Of a stretch of DNA of 64,000 nucleotides, positions 48,157 through 57,693 are shown in pieces. The notes under the pieces were generated by a model. It searched no databases, was not told where the DNA came from, and worked only from the letters and a program-made list of their open reading frames with translations. The first letter of the stretch is position 1, and every line of letters starts with the position of its first letter. The position numbers and the translations under genes were made by a program. Source of the stretch: Candidatus Curtissbacteria bacterium (lineage in GTDB: Bacteria; Patescibacteriota; Microgenomatia; Curtissbacterales; GWA2-41-24); the NCBI GenBank assembly GCA_016183325.1, contig JACPEV010000013.1, forward strand, positions 4,837 through 68,836, given 5' to 3'.

Positions 48157-49084
48157 AGTGGCGGAAGGGTGAGTAATGCATAGGAACGTACCTTTTGGTG
48201 GGGAATAACCCGGCGAAAGCCGGGCTAATACCTCGTAATCCCGCAAGGGTATAGGGCTTAACCGCCCGCCGAAAGAGTGGCCTATGTCCTATCAGCTTGT
48301 TGGTGGGGTAATGGCCTACCAAGGCAACGACGGGTAGCTGGGCTGAGAGGTCGGCCAGCCACAAGGGAACTGAGACACGGTCCCTACACCTACGGGTGGC
48401 AGCAACCGGGAATTTTGGACAATGGGCGAAAGCCTGATCCAGCGACGCCGCGTGGAGGAAGAAGGCCTTAGGGTTGTAAACTCCTTTTGGCCCGCATAAT
48501 GCGGGCAGAATAAGCACCTGCTAACTACGTGCCAGCAGCCGCGGTGATACGTAGGGTGCAAGCGTTATCCGGATTTACTGGGCGTAAAGGGTTGCGTAGG
48601 CGGCTTGTTAAGTCAAAACTGAAATACTCTCGCTCAACGAGGGGGACGGTTTTGATACTAGCAGGCTTTGAGTCTTTCAGAGGTAGCTGGAACTTGCAGT
48701 GGAGCGGTGAAATGCGTTGATATTGCAAGGAACACCGAAGGCGTAGGCAAGCTACTGGGAAAGATCCCTGTACCATTCGGTACGGGACGGGCTGCATCGT
48801 AAGATGCGCCTAGTCTGACGCTGATGCACGAAAGCTAGGGGAGCGAAAGGGATTAGAGACCCCTGTAGTCCTAGCCGTAAATGATGGATACTAGATGTCC
48901 GGCTCGCAAAGTCGTATGACTTTGCGAGAACATTTGACATTTAACAAATTAACATTTGACTATTGGAAAATTTTGTAAATTTTTTAAGTCAATTGTTAAA
49001 TGTTACTAGTTAATTGTTCGAGCAAAATCGTAGATTTTGCGAGCTGGATGTCGCAAGCTAACGCGTTAAGTGTCCCGCCTGGGA

Positions 49085-49152
<68 letters not shown>

Positions 49153-49356
49153 CAATTCGACACAAAGCGAAAAACCTTACCAGGATTTGACATCCTAACT
49201 GCACCCTAGTGGAAACACCGGGCTTCTTCGAGAGTGTTAGGACAGGTGCTGCATGGCTGTCGTCAGCTTGTACCGTGAGGCGCACCCTTAAGTGGGTCAA
49301 CAAGCGCAACCCCCATCCTGTGTTATATTTCACAGGAAACTGCCCGCTAAAAGCGA

Positions 49357-49387
<31 letters not shown>

Positions 49388-49588
49388 CGGCCCTTATGTC
49401 CTGGGCTACACACATCCTACAATGGGTATTTGACAACAGGTTTGCAATCCGGTAACGGAAAGCTAATCCCCAAAAATACCCTCAGTTCAGATTGAGGGCT
49501 GCAATTTGCCCTCATGAAGTTGAAATCGCTAGTAATCGCGGATCAGCAGGCCGCGGTGAATACGTTCTCGGGTCTTGTACACACCGCC

Positions 49589-50540
49589 AATTTAAAAAAC
49601 GCGCGTGGCAGCATAAATGGCTAGTTGGTTCAAATCCAACTCACGTTCATGAAACTGAACGTGATAGTCAAAAAAATTAGACAGTTCCGACAGAGTAATT
49701 TGTCGGTACGGAGGGTCTGAGACAAATAGCAGTCCATTTAAAAAAGTTCTTTTCATGAATGATCTCAGCCGGGCGGTTTGAGAGAAATTCAACTAATAAA
49801 GTAGAAGAATTGATGGAATGCTAGGAATAGTTATTTATGTAACCCATGGAGATCCTATCAGGAAGAGGTTATTATCTGGTAGGAAGTCAGCTGTTTCATA
49901 GTAAGTAAATTAGAGGATTGATTTTGTTGCTTGATAGAAGTAAACTAAATTAACCCGAATATTTACCGAAGGGAACAACGAAGTGATAACGTCAGATTAT
50001 ATTGTTGGTTTTACCGACGGCGAAGGCTGTTTTTATGTACAAATAAGAACAGATTTTCGTATCGTGCTTCGATATTTTATAACCCAACGATTTGACAACA
50101 AAGAAATCTTAGAAAATATTTTAAGATTCTTTGGAGTTGGATATGTGCATTTAAAAGCACAAGAGTGGGGTAGGGAATATAGAAGATCTCGGTTACCAAC
50201 ATATGTCTTTGAGGTGACTAAACAGGAACATATTCAAAATGTGATTGTTCCTTTCTTTAGAAAAAATCCACTTCAAGGAGTGAAACAGTTCTCTTTTGAA
50301 AAATTCGCAAAGATTGCAGACCTTGTAAAAGGTCGGCAAGACACGCGACTACTTTCTGAAGAGGAACTTGAATTAATCTGGCAGTTGAAACGTTCTATGA
50401 ATGTTTTAAACACTTCGGCTCGCCTGGTGCCGGAAATCGGCTCGCCGGTCCACCTACGCTAAAGCTACGGTGGATCCTCCGAAGCTCCAAAGGAGCGGAG
50501 GAGGAGTGGGAACGGGAACATACCTCTAAGTATCCCAATC
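49589..50540 (+). mobile_element. Group II-like intron at about E. coli 16S position 1402/1403, encoding a LAGLIDADG protein
   Basis: Splits ACACCGCC|CGTCA; GCGCG at 49601; EBS1-like GGGCGGT loop at 49771-49777; domain V-like CGCCTGGTGCCGGAAATCGGCTCGCCGG at 50421-50448; ends CCCAAT(C). Confidence 0.82.
49983..50462 (+). CDS. Intron-encoded single-motif LAGLIDADG endonuclease
   Basis: YIVGFTDGEGCF, FFGVG and IVPFF..NPLQGVK. Confidence 0.92.
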   Translation: MITSDYIVGFTDGEGCFYVQIRTDFRIVLRYFITQRFDNKEILENILRFFGVGYVHLKAQEWGREYRRSRLPTYVFEVTKQEHIQNVIVPFFRKNPLQGVKQFSFEKFAKIADLVKGRQDTRLLSEEELELIWQLKRSMNVLNTSARLVPEIGSPVHLR

Positions 50541-51180
50541 CGTCAAGCCAACAAAGTCGGTAGTGCCTGAAGTTCCTGCGCAAGCCGGACCCAAGGCAAG
50601 ACCGGTGATGGGGACTAAGTCGTAACAAGGTATCCGTTCTGGAAGGAGCGGATGGATCACCTCCTTTCTAAGGAGCTAAAGCTCCTATTCGCTGATTAGC
50701 GCTGATTTATTTGCGGATTTCCGCTGATAAGTCATCTGATTTCGAACGGGAGTCAAACAGGTTTGGCTCACGGGCCAAACGTGACGAATGGTGATTCGTA
50801 AAATTACCGGGTTATTTGCATGCCCAACATGCAATCTCTAGGAATAACATTTGACATTTAACATGTGACATTTGACTTTTTGTCAATTGTTAATGGTCAT
50901 TTGTCAATTGTTTCCGCCCGAAAGGGCGGAATGGGTGCCACTTTTGAGGATTTAAATAGAATACGAATTTATCCGAATGCTCCAACTATTTAAATAATTC
51001 TCTCGTAATTTATTCTTTCAATATTGATTAACTCGAACAGTTTCATCATGCGAATTTATACGAATAGGTATCGTAATTGTCCACCTTCGTGATAATTTTA
51101 GCCCCGAAGGGCGCAAGCTTTGCTTATTCTTCGAACGAGCGTAGCGAAGTGAGAAGTTTAGATAATAGTTCTCGCTAATC

Positions 51181-51253
51181 GCTCGAACAATAAGAGAGCT
51201 TGTTTCTCGCAAGCTCGAAATAAGAGAGCTTGTTTCTCGCAAGCTCGAAATAA
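51181..51253. repeat. ~30-bp tandem repeat, about 2.4 copies
   Basis: gctcgaaataagagagcttgtttctcgcaa. Confidence 0.8.
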
Positions 51254-51337
51254 TGAAAATATCAGAAACGTGGACTGTTGCTAGATATCAATTTTGTGCG
51301 TGATTATGGTGGTTGTGTGGTAAAATAATCTGTCGAT

Positions 51338-51523
51338 ATGATTAAGGAAATAGCAACAGGAGTTTTAAAAGGTGTAGTTAGGTTAGGTGGTAAGGGAGCT
51401 CAACATTTTGCTAAAGGTGCGTTGGCGCACTCAGCTATAAAAGGTGAACCAGTGACAAGCGCAGCGGTTACGTGGGCAGCCGGTAAAGCTGTTGAGAGAG
51501 TCGTCAGCAGAAAGCGCAAATAA
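51338..51523 (+). CDS. Small hypothetical protein
   Basis: 61-aa Gly/Ala-rich ORF with TGGTAAAAT promoter-like motif upstream. Confidence 0.45.
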   Translation: MIKEIATGVLKGVVRLGGKGAQHFAKGALAHSAIKGEPVTSAAVTWAAGKAVERVVSRKRK

Positions 51524-51626
51524 TTCTTCTTTGATATAAATTCCCCATGAAACTTTTTGTAAACAAAAAGTGCGGGTCGTGCTTTCGTAGACAGCTCAGA
51601 CTTATTTTGTTAAAATTCTTTCTGCC

Positions 51627-51821
51627 ATGGCCCAGGTGGAGGCAGCACCAACTAAAGAATCTTTTCTTGATTCAAGGTTAGTTAAAGCTGGCATAATTTT
51701 GGCGGCGGCTGGTCTTTTGATGGGAGCATTTGAGATCAAATTTGCAGCCAAGGTGGCGGCCTTGGGAGTTGTCCTCTTTGGTGCTGGTTTTGCTTGGCAC
51801 TGGGCAACAAAGAGAAATTGA
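51627..51821 (+). CDS. Small two-TM hypothetical protein
   Basis: Two hydrophobic helices; ATG start. Confidence 0.55.
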   Translation: MAQVEAAPTKESFLDSRLVKAGIILAAAGLLMGAFEIKFAAKVAALGVVLFGAGFAWHWATKRN

Positions 51822-51844
51822 GAATTCGAGAAATTTTTGACCGC

Positions 51845-51916
51845 GGCGCGGTAGCCAAGAGGTAAGGCAGCGGTCTGCAAAACTGCTATACGTGGGTTCG
51901 ATTCCCATCCGCGCCT
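51845..51916 (+). tRNA. tRNA-Cys (GCA)
   Basis: GGCGCGG...CTGCAAA...GTTCGATTC...CCGCGCCT with U73. Confidence 0.95.
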
Positions 51917-51928
51917 CTCTAGTCCCGG

Positions 51929-52174
51929 TCCTTCGGACCAGGGACCGAGTCGGTTTTGACGAAGTCAAAACCAGACTCCTTCGGACCAGGGACCGAGTCG
52001 GTTTTGACGAAGTCAAAAACCAGACTCCTTCGGACCAGGGACCGAGTCGGTTTTGACGAAGTCAAAACCAGACTCCTTCGGACCAGGGACCGAGTCGGTT
52101 TTGACGAAGTCAAAACCAGACTCCTTCGGACCAGGGACCGAGTCGGTTTTGACGAAGTCAAAACCAGACTCCTT
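51929..52174. repeat. Five tandem copies of a 48-bp palindromic unit with no spacers
   Basis: tccttcggaccagggaccgagtcggttttgacgaagtcaaaaccagac; copy 2 has one extra A. Confidence 0.92.
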
Positions 52175-52227
52175 ACGTTCAGGTCGATTTTAACTTTCAG
52201 TTAAAATTAGACTCCATTATCAGGACC

Positions 52228-52500
52228 GTGTCTGGAATGTTTTACTATGTTTATATTCTTTTCAGTCTAAAGGATAAGAACTTATATGTTGGAAGAACTA
52301 GCGATATATTCAAAAGGCTAGAAAGACATAATAACGGACGAGTAATTGCAACTAAGAGTAGAAGACCTTTAAAGTTAATACATCTGGAAGTTTTTAAAGA
52401 TGCTGGAAAAGCTTTTTTAAGAGAAAAAGAACTTAAGTATCCAAGCGCAGGGAAATTTAAAAAGGAATTAAGAGAAAAATTAGGAATAGATAGAGTCTGA
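52228..52500 (+). CDS. Small GIY-YIG nuclease
   Basis: YYVYIL...LYVGRT...RLERHN...A..RE..LK. Confidence 0.9.
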   Translation: MSGMFYYVYILFSLKDKNLYVGRTSDIFKRLERHNNGRVIATKSRRPLKLIHLEVFKDAGKAFLREKELKYPSAGKFKKELREKLGIDRV

Positions 52501-52657
52501 ATATTTTGCTTTGCAAAGTATCGACTTGGTCTCTTGTAAGCAGACACAATGGGCGGTTAGCTCTGTGGTCTAACATTGTTTTGTTTTGCAAAACGTGTCG
52601 ACTCGTTTTTGCTGTCGCAAAATTAGAGTAGAGCGTTACACTGCTTTTTGAAAATTT

Positions 52658-52732
52658 GGGTCCGTGGCTCAGTGGTAGAGCGTCACACTGATAATGTGAA
52701 GGTCGGAGGTTCAATTCCTCCCGGACCCACCA
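52658..52732 (+). tRNA. tRNA-Ile (GAU)
   Basis: GGGTCCG...TCACA CTGATAA TGTGA...CGGACCC A CCA. Confidence 0.96.
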
Positions 52733-52804
52733 AATTTTCAAAAATATCGCTCTCGCGATAGCGAGAGGAAGATTTAATATCGATGTCGAAGGAGAGGATG
52801 TGCC

Positions 52805-52912
52805 AAGCTAAGTCACATTGAAGGTGGATTAGTAATTGAAGGTGGATTAGTAAGCTAAGTCACATTGAAGGTGGATTAGTTGGTTGAAGGTGGATTAGTT
52901 GGTGGATTAGTT
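52805..52912. repeat. Irregular tandem repeats of TTGAAGGTGGATTAGT
   Basis: Four full and one partial copy, two preceded by aagctaagtcaca. Confidence 0.85.
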
Positions 52913-52927
52913 CAAATATAATTTTGA

Positions 52928-53797
52928 ATGCAAGAGAATTTGCGTGTACTTGAAAAAGAGTCTTTAAAAGACAAAATTGTTTTGATTACTGGAGGTTCTG
53001 GGGGAATAGGTGCTGTAATAGTAGCACAATTATTAGCTGAGGGTGCAAATGTTATTATCCTCGACAAGAATCCCAATCATCCAAAGTTTGAAGTTAACCC
53101 AGATCAATTCTTTGATTTCGTGGAGTTTGATCTCCAAAACGTCGACCAAATTACTCGAGTAGTAGCCAGTATATTAGAAAAACACGGAAGAGTTGACGTT
53201 CTAGTTAATAATGCAGCTCTCCCAGGAGCTGGAAACACCATTGAGGATGTCTTTACAGTTGATTTAGTTTCTCCTTTAAAACTAATTGATCAACTAGTAC
53301 CAATAATGACAAAGCAAGGTGGGGGCAGAATTATAAATGTCAGTTCTATAATTGGGGTGCTTCACCAGCTTTCCAATGAGGATTCTCAAAAATACTTCAA
53401 AGCACTCGAAGGCGATTCACCAGATGTTTCAACACTTAAATCTTTGTGTCCAAACACAGAATATGCTTATGCTGTCGCCAAAAGGGCTCTAATTGAGATC
53501 TCAAGGAAGATGGTTAGAGAAGTGGCCAAGGATGGCATTACAATTAATTGTGTAGCTCCAGGGTACATAGCCACCGAAGGGAACAGGGCAAATATAGAAA
53601 ATCCAGAAATTTTCGATGAAGCGATGAAACAAATCCCAATTCAAAGACCTGGAGAACCGGAAGAAGTAGCAGACTTAATTGTTTACCTATGCCAATCACC
53701 GCCATTTCTTACTGGAACAACTATCCTGATCGATGGAGGTCAATCAACTTATTATCAAAATCCTTTAGAGGGAAAACATTCTTTGCTCAACTTGTAA
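52928..53797 (+). CDS. SDR family oxidoreductase
   Basis: TGGSGGIG, NNAA, YAVAK and NCVAPG. Confidence 0.93.
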   Translation: MQENLRVLEKESLKDKIVLITGGSGGIGAVIVAQLLAEGANVIILDKNPNHPKFEVNPDQFFDFVEFDLQNVDQITRVVASILEKHGRVDVLVNNAALPGAGNTIEDVFTVDLVSPLKLIDQLVPIMTKQGGGRIINVSSIIGVLHQLSNEDSQKYFKALEGDSPDVSTLKSLCPNTEYAYAVAKRALIEISRKMVREVAKDGITINCVAPGYIATEGNRANIENPEIFDEAMKQIPIQRPGEPEEVADLIVYLCQSPPFLTGTTILIDGGQSTYYQNPLEGKHSLLNL

Positions 53798-53867
53798 ATA
53801 AAAACCTGAGGTTTCTACTTAACCAACACCGGGGGTTGGTAATTTGGTAAATGTTTTAAAAAAGTAT

Positions 53868-54170
53868 TTACCTAGAAATAAATTTAATTTCTAAATGAGA
53901 GTTTAATGCTTGAGCTAGTTTTTTGAGAAAACCTATTGAGGGATTTGCATTTCCTCTCTCAAGTCTTGAGATTACGGATTGTTTAGTCCCGATCTTTTGG
54001 GCAAGTTTGTCCTGAGTTAACCCTTTCTTTACCCTGGCATCGATCATGGCCCTGATAACAGCAAACTCTGGTTGCAGACGATCATATTCTGCCTTAATTT
54101 TAGGATTTTTGAGAGATTCTTTTAGAAAAACGTCAAAATCTAAATGTTTCCTATCTTTAGGTTGGATCAT
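53868..54170 (-). CDS. HigA-like XRE antitoxin
   Basis: GLTQDKLAQKIGTKQSVISRLERG; downstream of the toxin. Confidence 0.88.
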   Translation of the reverse strand: MIQPKDRKHLDFDVFLKESLKNPKIKAEYDRLQPEFAVIRAMIDARVKKGLTQDKLAQKIGTKQSVISRLERGNANPSIGFLKKLAQALNSHLEIKFISR

Positions 54171-54180
54171 AGCATATATG

Positions 54181-54510
54181 CTATAAGATTTCTTTCATTC
54201 TGTCAAGTGCTATTTTTATTTCTTTGGCTGGTGTCTTTTGCATTTTCTTTTTAAATGCATGCAGCAGATAATATTCTCCATTTTTCATTGTATAGAAGAT
54301 TCTGACTGCGATTTTACCGGGGATACGAAGTTCATATAGATTAGATCTAAGCTTCTTTGCATAAGGAGGTTTTAGGAATGGACCACCATTTTTTAAGAGT
54401 AAAATTGAGTGAAGGATTTTAGCATAAGTGGTTTCGTCTTGATCCTTAATAAAATCTTCAACAGGAGACTCGCCTCGCGCATTCTGATAGGAATTTACCT
54501 TCCAAGCCAT
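54181..54510 (-). CDS. RelE/HigB (Gp49-like) toxin
   Basis: SPVEDFI...LYELR...RIFY...LLHAFKKK..KTP. Confidence 0.9.
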   Translation of the reverse strand: MAWKVNSYQNARGESPVEDFIKDQDETTYAKILHSILLLKNGGPFLKPPYAKKLRSNLYELRIPGKIAVRIFYTMKNGEYYLLHAFKKKMQKTPAKEIKIALDRMKEIL

Positions 54511-54714
54511 AAAGATTTGATTATTTTAGCAGAAACGGGTAGCTAATGGAGACAGGCACTTTTCAAAAATATATCGCGGATTGGAGAGGCATCTAACAGT
54601 ATTTAAGATAGTAAAAATTTGGGTGGTATGGGGGACATGTGGTTTGAGATAGAGGAACGGTAGTCCACATAACAGCAAAAATATCGCTCTTACTGAAAGT
54701 GAGAGGAAGATAAC

Positions 54715-55113
54715 TTACCAGACCACTTTTAAACCGTGATCTTTGTAGATGGCAAAGTTGGCATCTTTGGTCAGTAAAGAGTAATTTGTACAAATCGCTT
54801 GCCAGGCAAGCATCCTATCGAAGGGGTCTTTGTTTTTGAATCTTGGGAGCTTGTAAAATGTCGACGCAGTATATGAGTCTAGGTCCAGAAAATTAAAACC
54901 CATACTCAACACCGCATCGGGTATTTCACTAGGCACCCTTTTTTCTAGTTTTATCTTTCCCATGCTGTATTTTAGAGAGATTTCCCAAACCGAAATGGCG
55001 CTTACAAATTTCTCTGATGTGGGTTCAGAGAATATATCTTTTAATTTTACTGAAAGTTTATCAGGTGAAAATAAAACCCACAAAAGTATGTGAGTATCAA
55101 GAAGATAGTTCAT
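54715..55113 (-). CDS. PIN domain (VapC) toxin
   Basis: YLLDTHILLW, SVWE and DPFDRML. Confidence 0.92.
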   Translation of the reverse strand: MNYLLDTHILLWVLFSPDKLSVKLKDIFSEPTSEKFVSAISVWEISLKYSMGKIKLEKRVPSEIPDAVLSMGFNFLDLDSYTASTFYKLPRFKNKDPFDRMLAWQAICTNYSLLTKDANFAIYKDHGLKVVW

Positions 55114-55120
55114 TGAGTTG

Positions 55121-55360
55121 TTAGGATTTTAAAAACTCTTCTTCGGTCATCTTGAAATCTTTTGCCAGCTTAAAAGAACCCTTGTCTTTCCAAATTCCAA
55201 GTTTTATCTTTTTCTTCTTATTGTAGGTCTTAAAAGGAACGAAAACCCCTATCGTTTCTTTTTTCTTTCCGTAAGAAACTGCTATTTCCTTGCCTTGGAG
55301 GACTTGGGTGATTACTTCAGAAAATTTTGCTTTAAACTGTCCGACGGTTAGCTGAAACAT
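55121..55360 (-). CDS. Phd/YefM-family antitoxin
   Basis: TVGQFKAKFSEVI..V..G.EI. Confidence 0.85.
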   Translation of the reverse strand: MFQLTVGQFKAKFSEVITQVLQGKEIAVSYGKKKETIGVFVPFKTYNKKKKIKLGIWKDKGSFKLAKDFKMTEEEFLKS

Positions 55361-55381
55361 ATGACTGTAATATAATATTTT

Positions 55382-55398
55382 CTTGACAACTTGTCAAG
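55382..55398. promoter_or_regulatory. Palindromic operator overlapping the -35 of the phd-vapC promoter
   Basis: CTTGACAACTTGTCAAG; on the minus strand TTGACA-17-TATATT. Confidence 0.65.
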
Positions 55399-55513
55399 TA
55401 TTTATGGACTTGCTCAGGGAGGTCTGTGGCCGTATGAGATAAGCTGCAACTTCGGGAGTTGTACTGTCGCTTCTTTTTTCTTTTAAGGGCCTTGTTGGTA
55501 TAATACCCTATCT

Positions 55514-56086
55514 ATGTTAGACGAAAGAGGTGGTTTGTCAGAAGAGAATCTGAGGGCCTTCGAAATTTATAGATTAGCATTTTGTCGTGCGTTTTCTTCG
55601 CGCATCCATTCTTCTGATACCGATCAGACACTTGCCGAAATAGAGGATTCGGGATGTTTAGTAAAGTTACAAGCAGAGGCAGAGGGCCGATATGACCAAA
55701 TAGATTTTCCTACAACTGTAGAAAATTTAGTACGGGGTGTTTATGTTGACTTGCCACCAGTCGTGGCAAGAAGAGTTATATTAAGTGAGACTGCAGCAAT
55801 AATTGATTTTAGAGCAAAAAATAGGGGTGAGATAGTTTTGGCTGGTGATTTCTTTAAAATCAGCGAGAAAAAACAAATTGCTCCTACAATATTTTTTTAC
55901 TTCGATCGCGGTGAGTATGCTGTTGGCAGAAGGGATTTCGATAGAGAATGGGTACATAACAAATACATAGAAAATGCTGAATGGGAATCACACGCTCTCA
56001 GTCCAGAACTGACGCGTGATTTTGCTCTTCTCGTTACGGCTGTAAATTCAAGAGCAGGTAGCGCACTTGTGGTATACAGACCGTAA
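55514..56086 (+). CDS. Hypothetical protein
   Basis: 190-aa ORF with TGGTATAAT upstream. Confidence 0.6.
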   Translation: MLDERGGLSEENLRAFEIYRLAFCRAFSSRIHSSDTDQTLAEIEDSGCLVKLQAEAEGRYDQIDFPTTVENLVRGVYVDLPPVVARRVILSETAAIIDFRAKNRGEIVLAGDFFKISEKKQIAPTIFFYFDRGEYAVGRRDFDREWVHNKYIENAEWESHALSPELTRDFALLVTAVNSRAGSALVVYRP

Positions 56087-56112
56087 ACTCCTTCAGGGAT
56101 TAATTAAATAAG

Positions 56113-57153
56113 TTAGTGATTTGGCGGAGGGGCGGTAGATTCTCTTACTACGAGTTCTGTTTGAACCATAATTTGATTTCCAGGTGGTGTTTTGTCTTCT
56201 TCGAGCAACTCGATGAGAGCTTGATAGGCTTTTACACCAAGTTCAGTTGTGGGGACTGAGATTGTTGTTAACTGTGGGTTAGTGTAAAGACATTCGGGTA
56301 TGTTGCCGAAACCGATCACAGAAATATCTTGCGGTACTTTTAGTCCTTTGTCGTATATAGCACGAATAGCTCCAATGGCGAGGTAGTCGTTATCAGCCAT
56401 AATTGCTGTCGGGCTATCGGTTGAATCAATTAGATGTCTGCATGCATGATAGCCTTGCGATAAGAAGTTGGTTTCTCCTGAGTACGCAACGATTCCCCTC
56501 CCGAAACTTTTATCTTTGATGCTTTTTTCATATGAGGCAAGTCGCTGCCGACTTTTAGGGTAAATATTTCCAATATAAGCAATTCTTCTATGGCCGAGAT
56601 CTGCAAGATGTTGAATAGCGGTTTCAATGCCTTGAGTTTCATCGACGTCTATGCGAATGAATTCTGGTCCAGGTTGTAGTATGGGGTTGGCGTTAATAGC
56701 AACTATTGGTTGAAAATAACGACCCGGCGCAGTAAAATTTGGAGAAGATGGATTTAAAAAAATTAAGCCTTCAATTTTTTTGCTTCTGAAGAGTTCAGCA
56801 GTCTCACGTTCTTGGTAGATATCATCGTTACCACTCAGAAAGTGAACGTTATAGCCCTCATTCCTGGCTAGTTCTGAGATTGTATCGGCAACTTGGTTGT
56901 ACAAAGGATCGTCAAATTTTGGGACTAAAACTCCAATAACAGCTGATAAGTGCTTTTCTCTGAGATACCCTATCTCCTTTGCCGCATTTTGCACTAATGC
57001 CACTGTCTGGGGCGAGATAACTGGGGAATGGTTGAGAGCAAGACTGACTGTTTTTCGGCTTAAACCTAAAGCTTCGGCGATATCTTGCTGAGTTACACTT
57101 TTAGGTTCTTCGTCGGTAGCAGGTGAATGCGAAGAGCGTTCGCCTTGTGGCAT
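56113..57153 (-). CDS. LacI family transcriptional regulator
   Basis: TQQDIAEALGLSRKTVSLALN, VPQDISVIGF and LVVRES. Confidence 0.93.
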   Translation of the reverse strand: MPQGERSSHSPATDEEPKSVTQQDIAEALGLSRKTVSLALNHSPVISPQTVALVQNAAKEIGYLREKHLSAVIGVLVPKFDDPLYNQVADTISELARNEGYNVHFLSGNDDIYQERETAELFRSKKIEGLIFLNPSSPNFTAPGRYFQPIVAINANPILQPGPEFIRIDVDETQGIETAIQHLADLGHRRIAYIGNIYPKSRQRLASYEKSIKDKSFGRGIVAYSGETNFLSQGYHACRHLIDSTDSPTAIMADNDYLAIGAIRAIYDKGLKVPQDISVIGFGNIPECLYTNPQLTTISVPTTELGVKAYQALIELLEEDKTPPGNQIMVQTELVVRESTAPPPNH

Positions 57154-57299
57154 GGGCGTATTATACATCTATGAGGCAAGGTTGACTTGCTCTGGGAGGG
57201 CCTTTGGCCGTATAATGCCTTCAGTCCGAGTTTACCAACACCCCTTTCTGCCTACCTGTAGATAAAGTTTGGATCTGATTTTCTTCTAGATAGCAAGAC

Positions 57300-57638
57300 A
57301 TGAAGAAATTAAAACGTCGAAAAAAATCTAAAAAGAAAGTAAAAAGGCCCTTTTCCAAAAAGGAGAAGACTTATTTTGGCCTGTATTTTAAAAAATCCCA
57401 AAAGAAATTGCGAAAGTCCGGTAGGTTGATTTACAGATTTTGGAGAAGAAGAACTCGGCGTTATCGAAAGAATTTATTTTACGGAGTAACTTTGGTCGTG
57501 GCATTTATGCTGATCTGGAGAGGATTTTGGTATTTGGCAGACGAAACCCCGGCTCTTGAAAACCCGATTATTTCCATTGCAATAGGCGTGGCACTTATTC
57601 TTTTCTTGGGCGCGAGGACGAAACTGGTGGAATTTTAG
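57300..57638 (+). CDS. Small membrane protein with basic N-terminus
   Basis: LIWRGFWYLAD and two TM helices. Confidence 0.6.
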   Translation: MKKLKRRKKSKKKVKRPFSKKEKTYFGLYFKKSQKKLRKSGRLIYRFWRRRTRRYRKNLFYGVTLVVAFMLIWRGFWYLADETPALENPIISIAIGVALILFLGARTKLVEF

Positions 57639-57693
57639 GATTTGCCGTGTTATATTATAAGTATTGAAAAGGCCCAGGGGGTCTTTTTTTAAG

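Noticed and set aside
50669-51300. 23S rRNA start or spacer tRNAs after the 16S
   Set aside because: No 23S 5' signature or cloverleaf was found; the region consists of hairpins and repeats followed by small ORFs.
51929-52174. Possible CRISPR array
   Set aside because: The units are head-to-tail with no unique spacers, and there are no cas genes in the window.
51602-52204. Repeat-peptide ORFs (TSSKPTRSLVRR and similar)
   Set aside because: They are translations of the 48-bp array and the tRNA-Cys antisense strand.
53800-53850. Purine riboswitch suggested by GTTTCTAC
   Set aside because: The flanking stems and loop motifs are missing, and the site lies between convergent gene ends.
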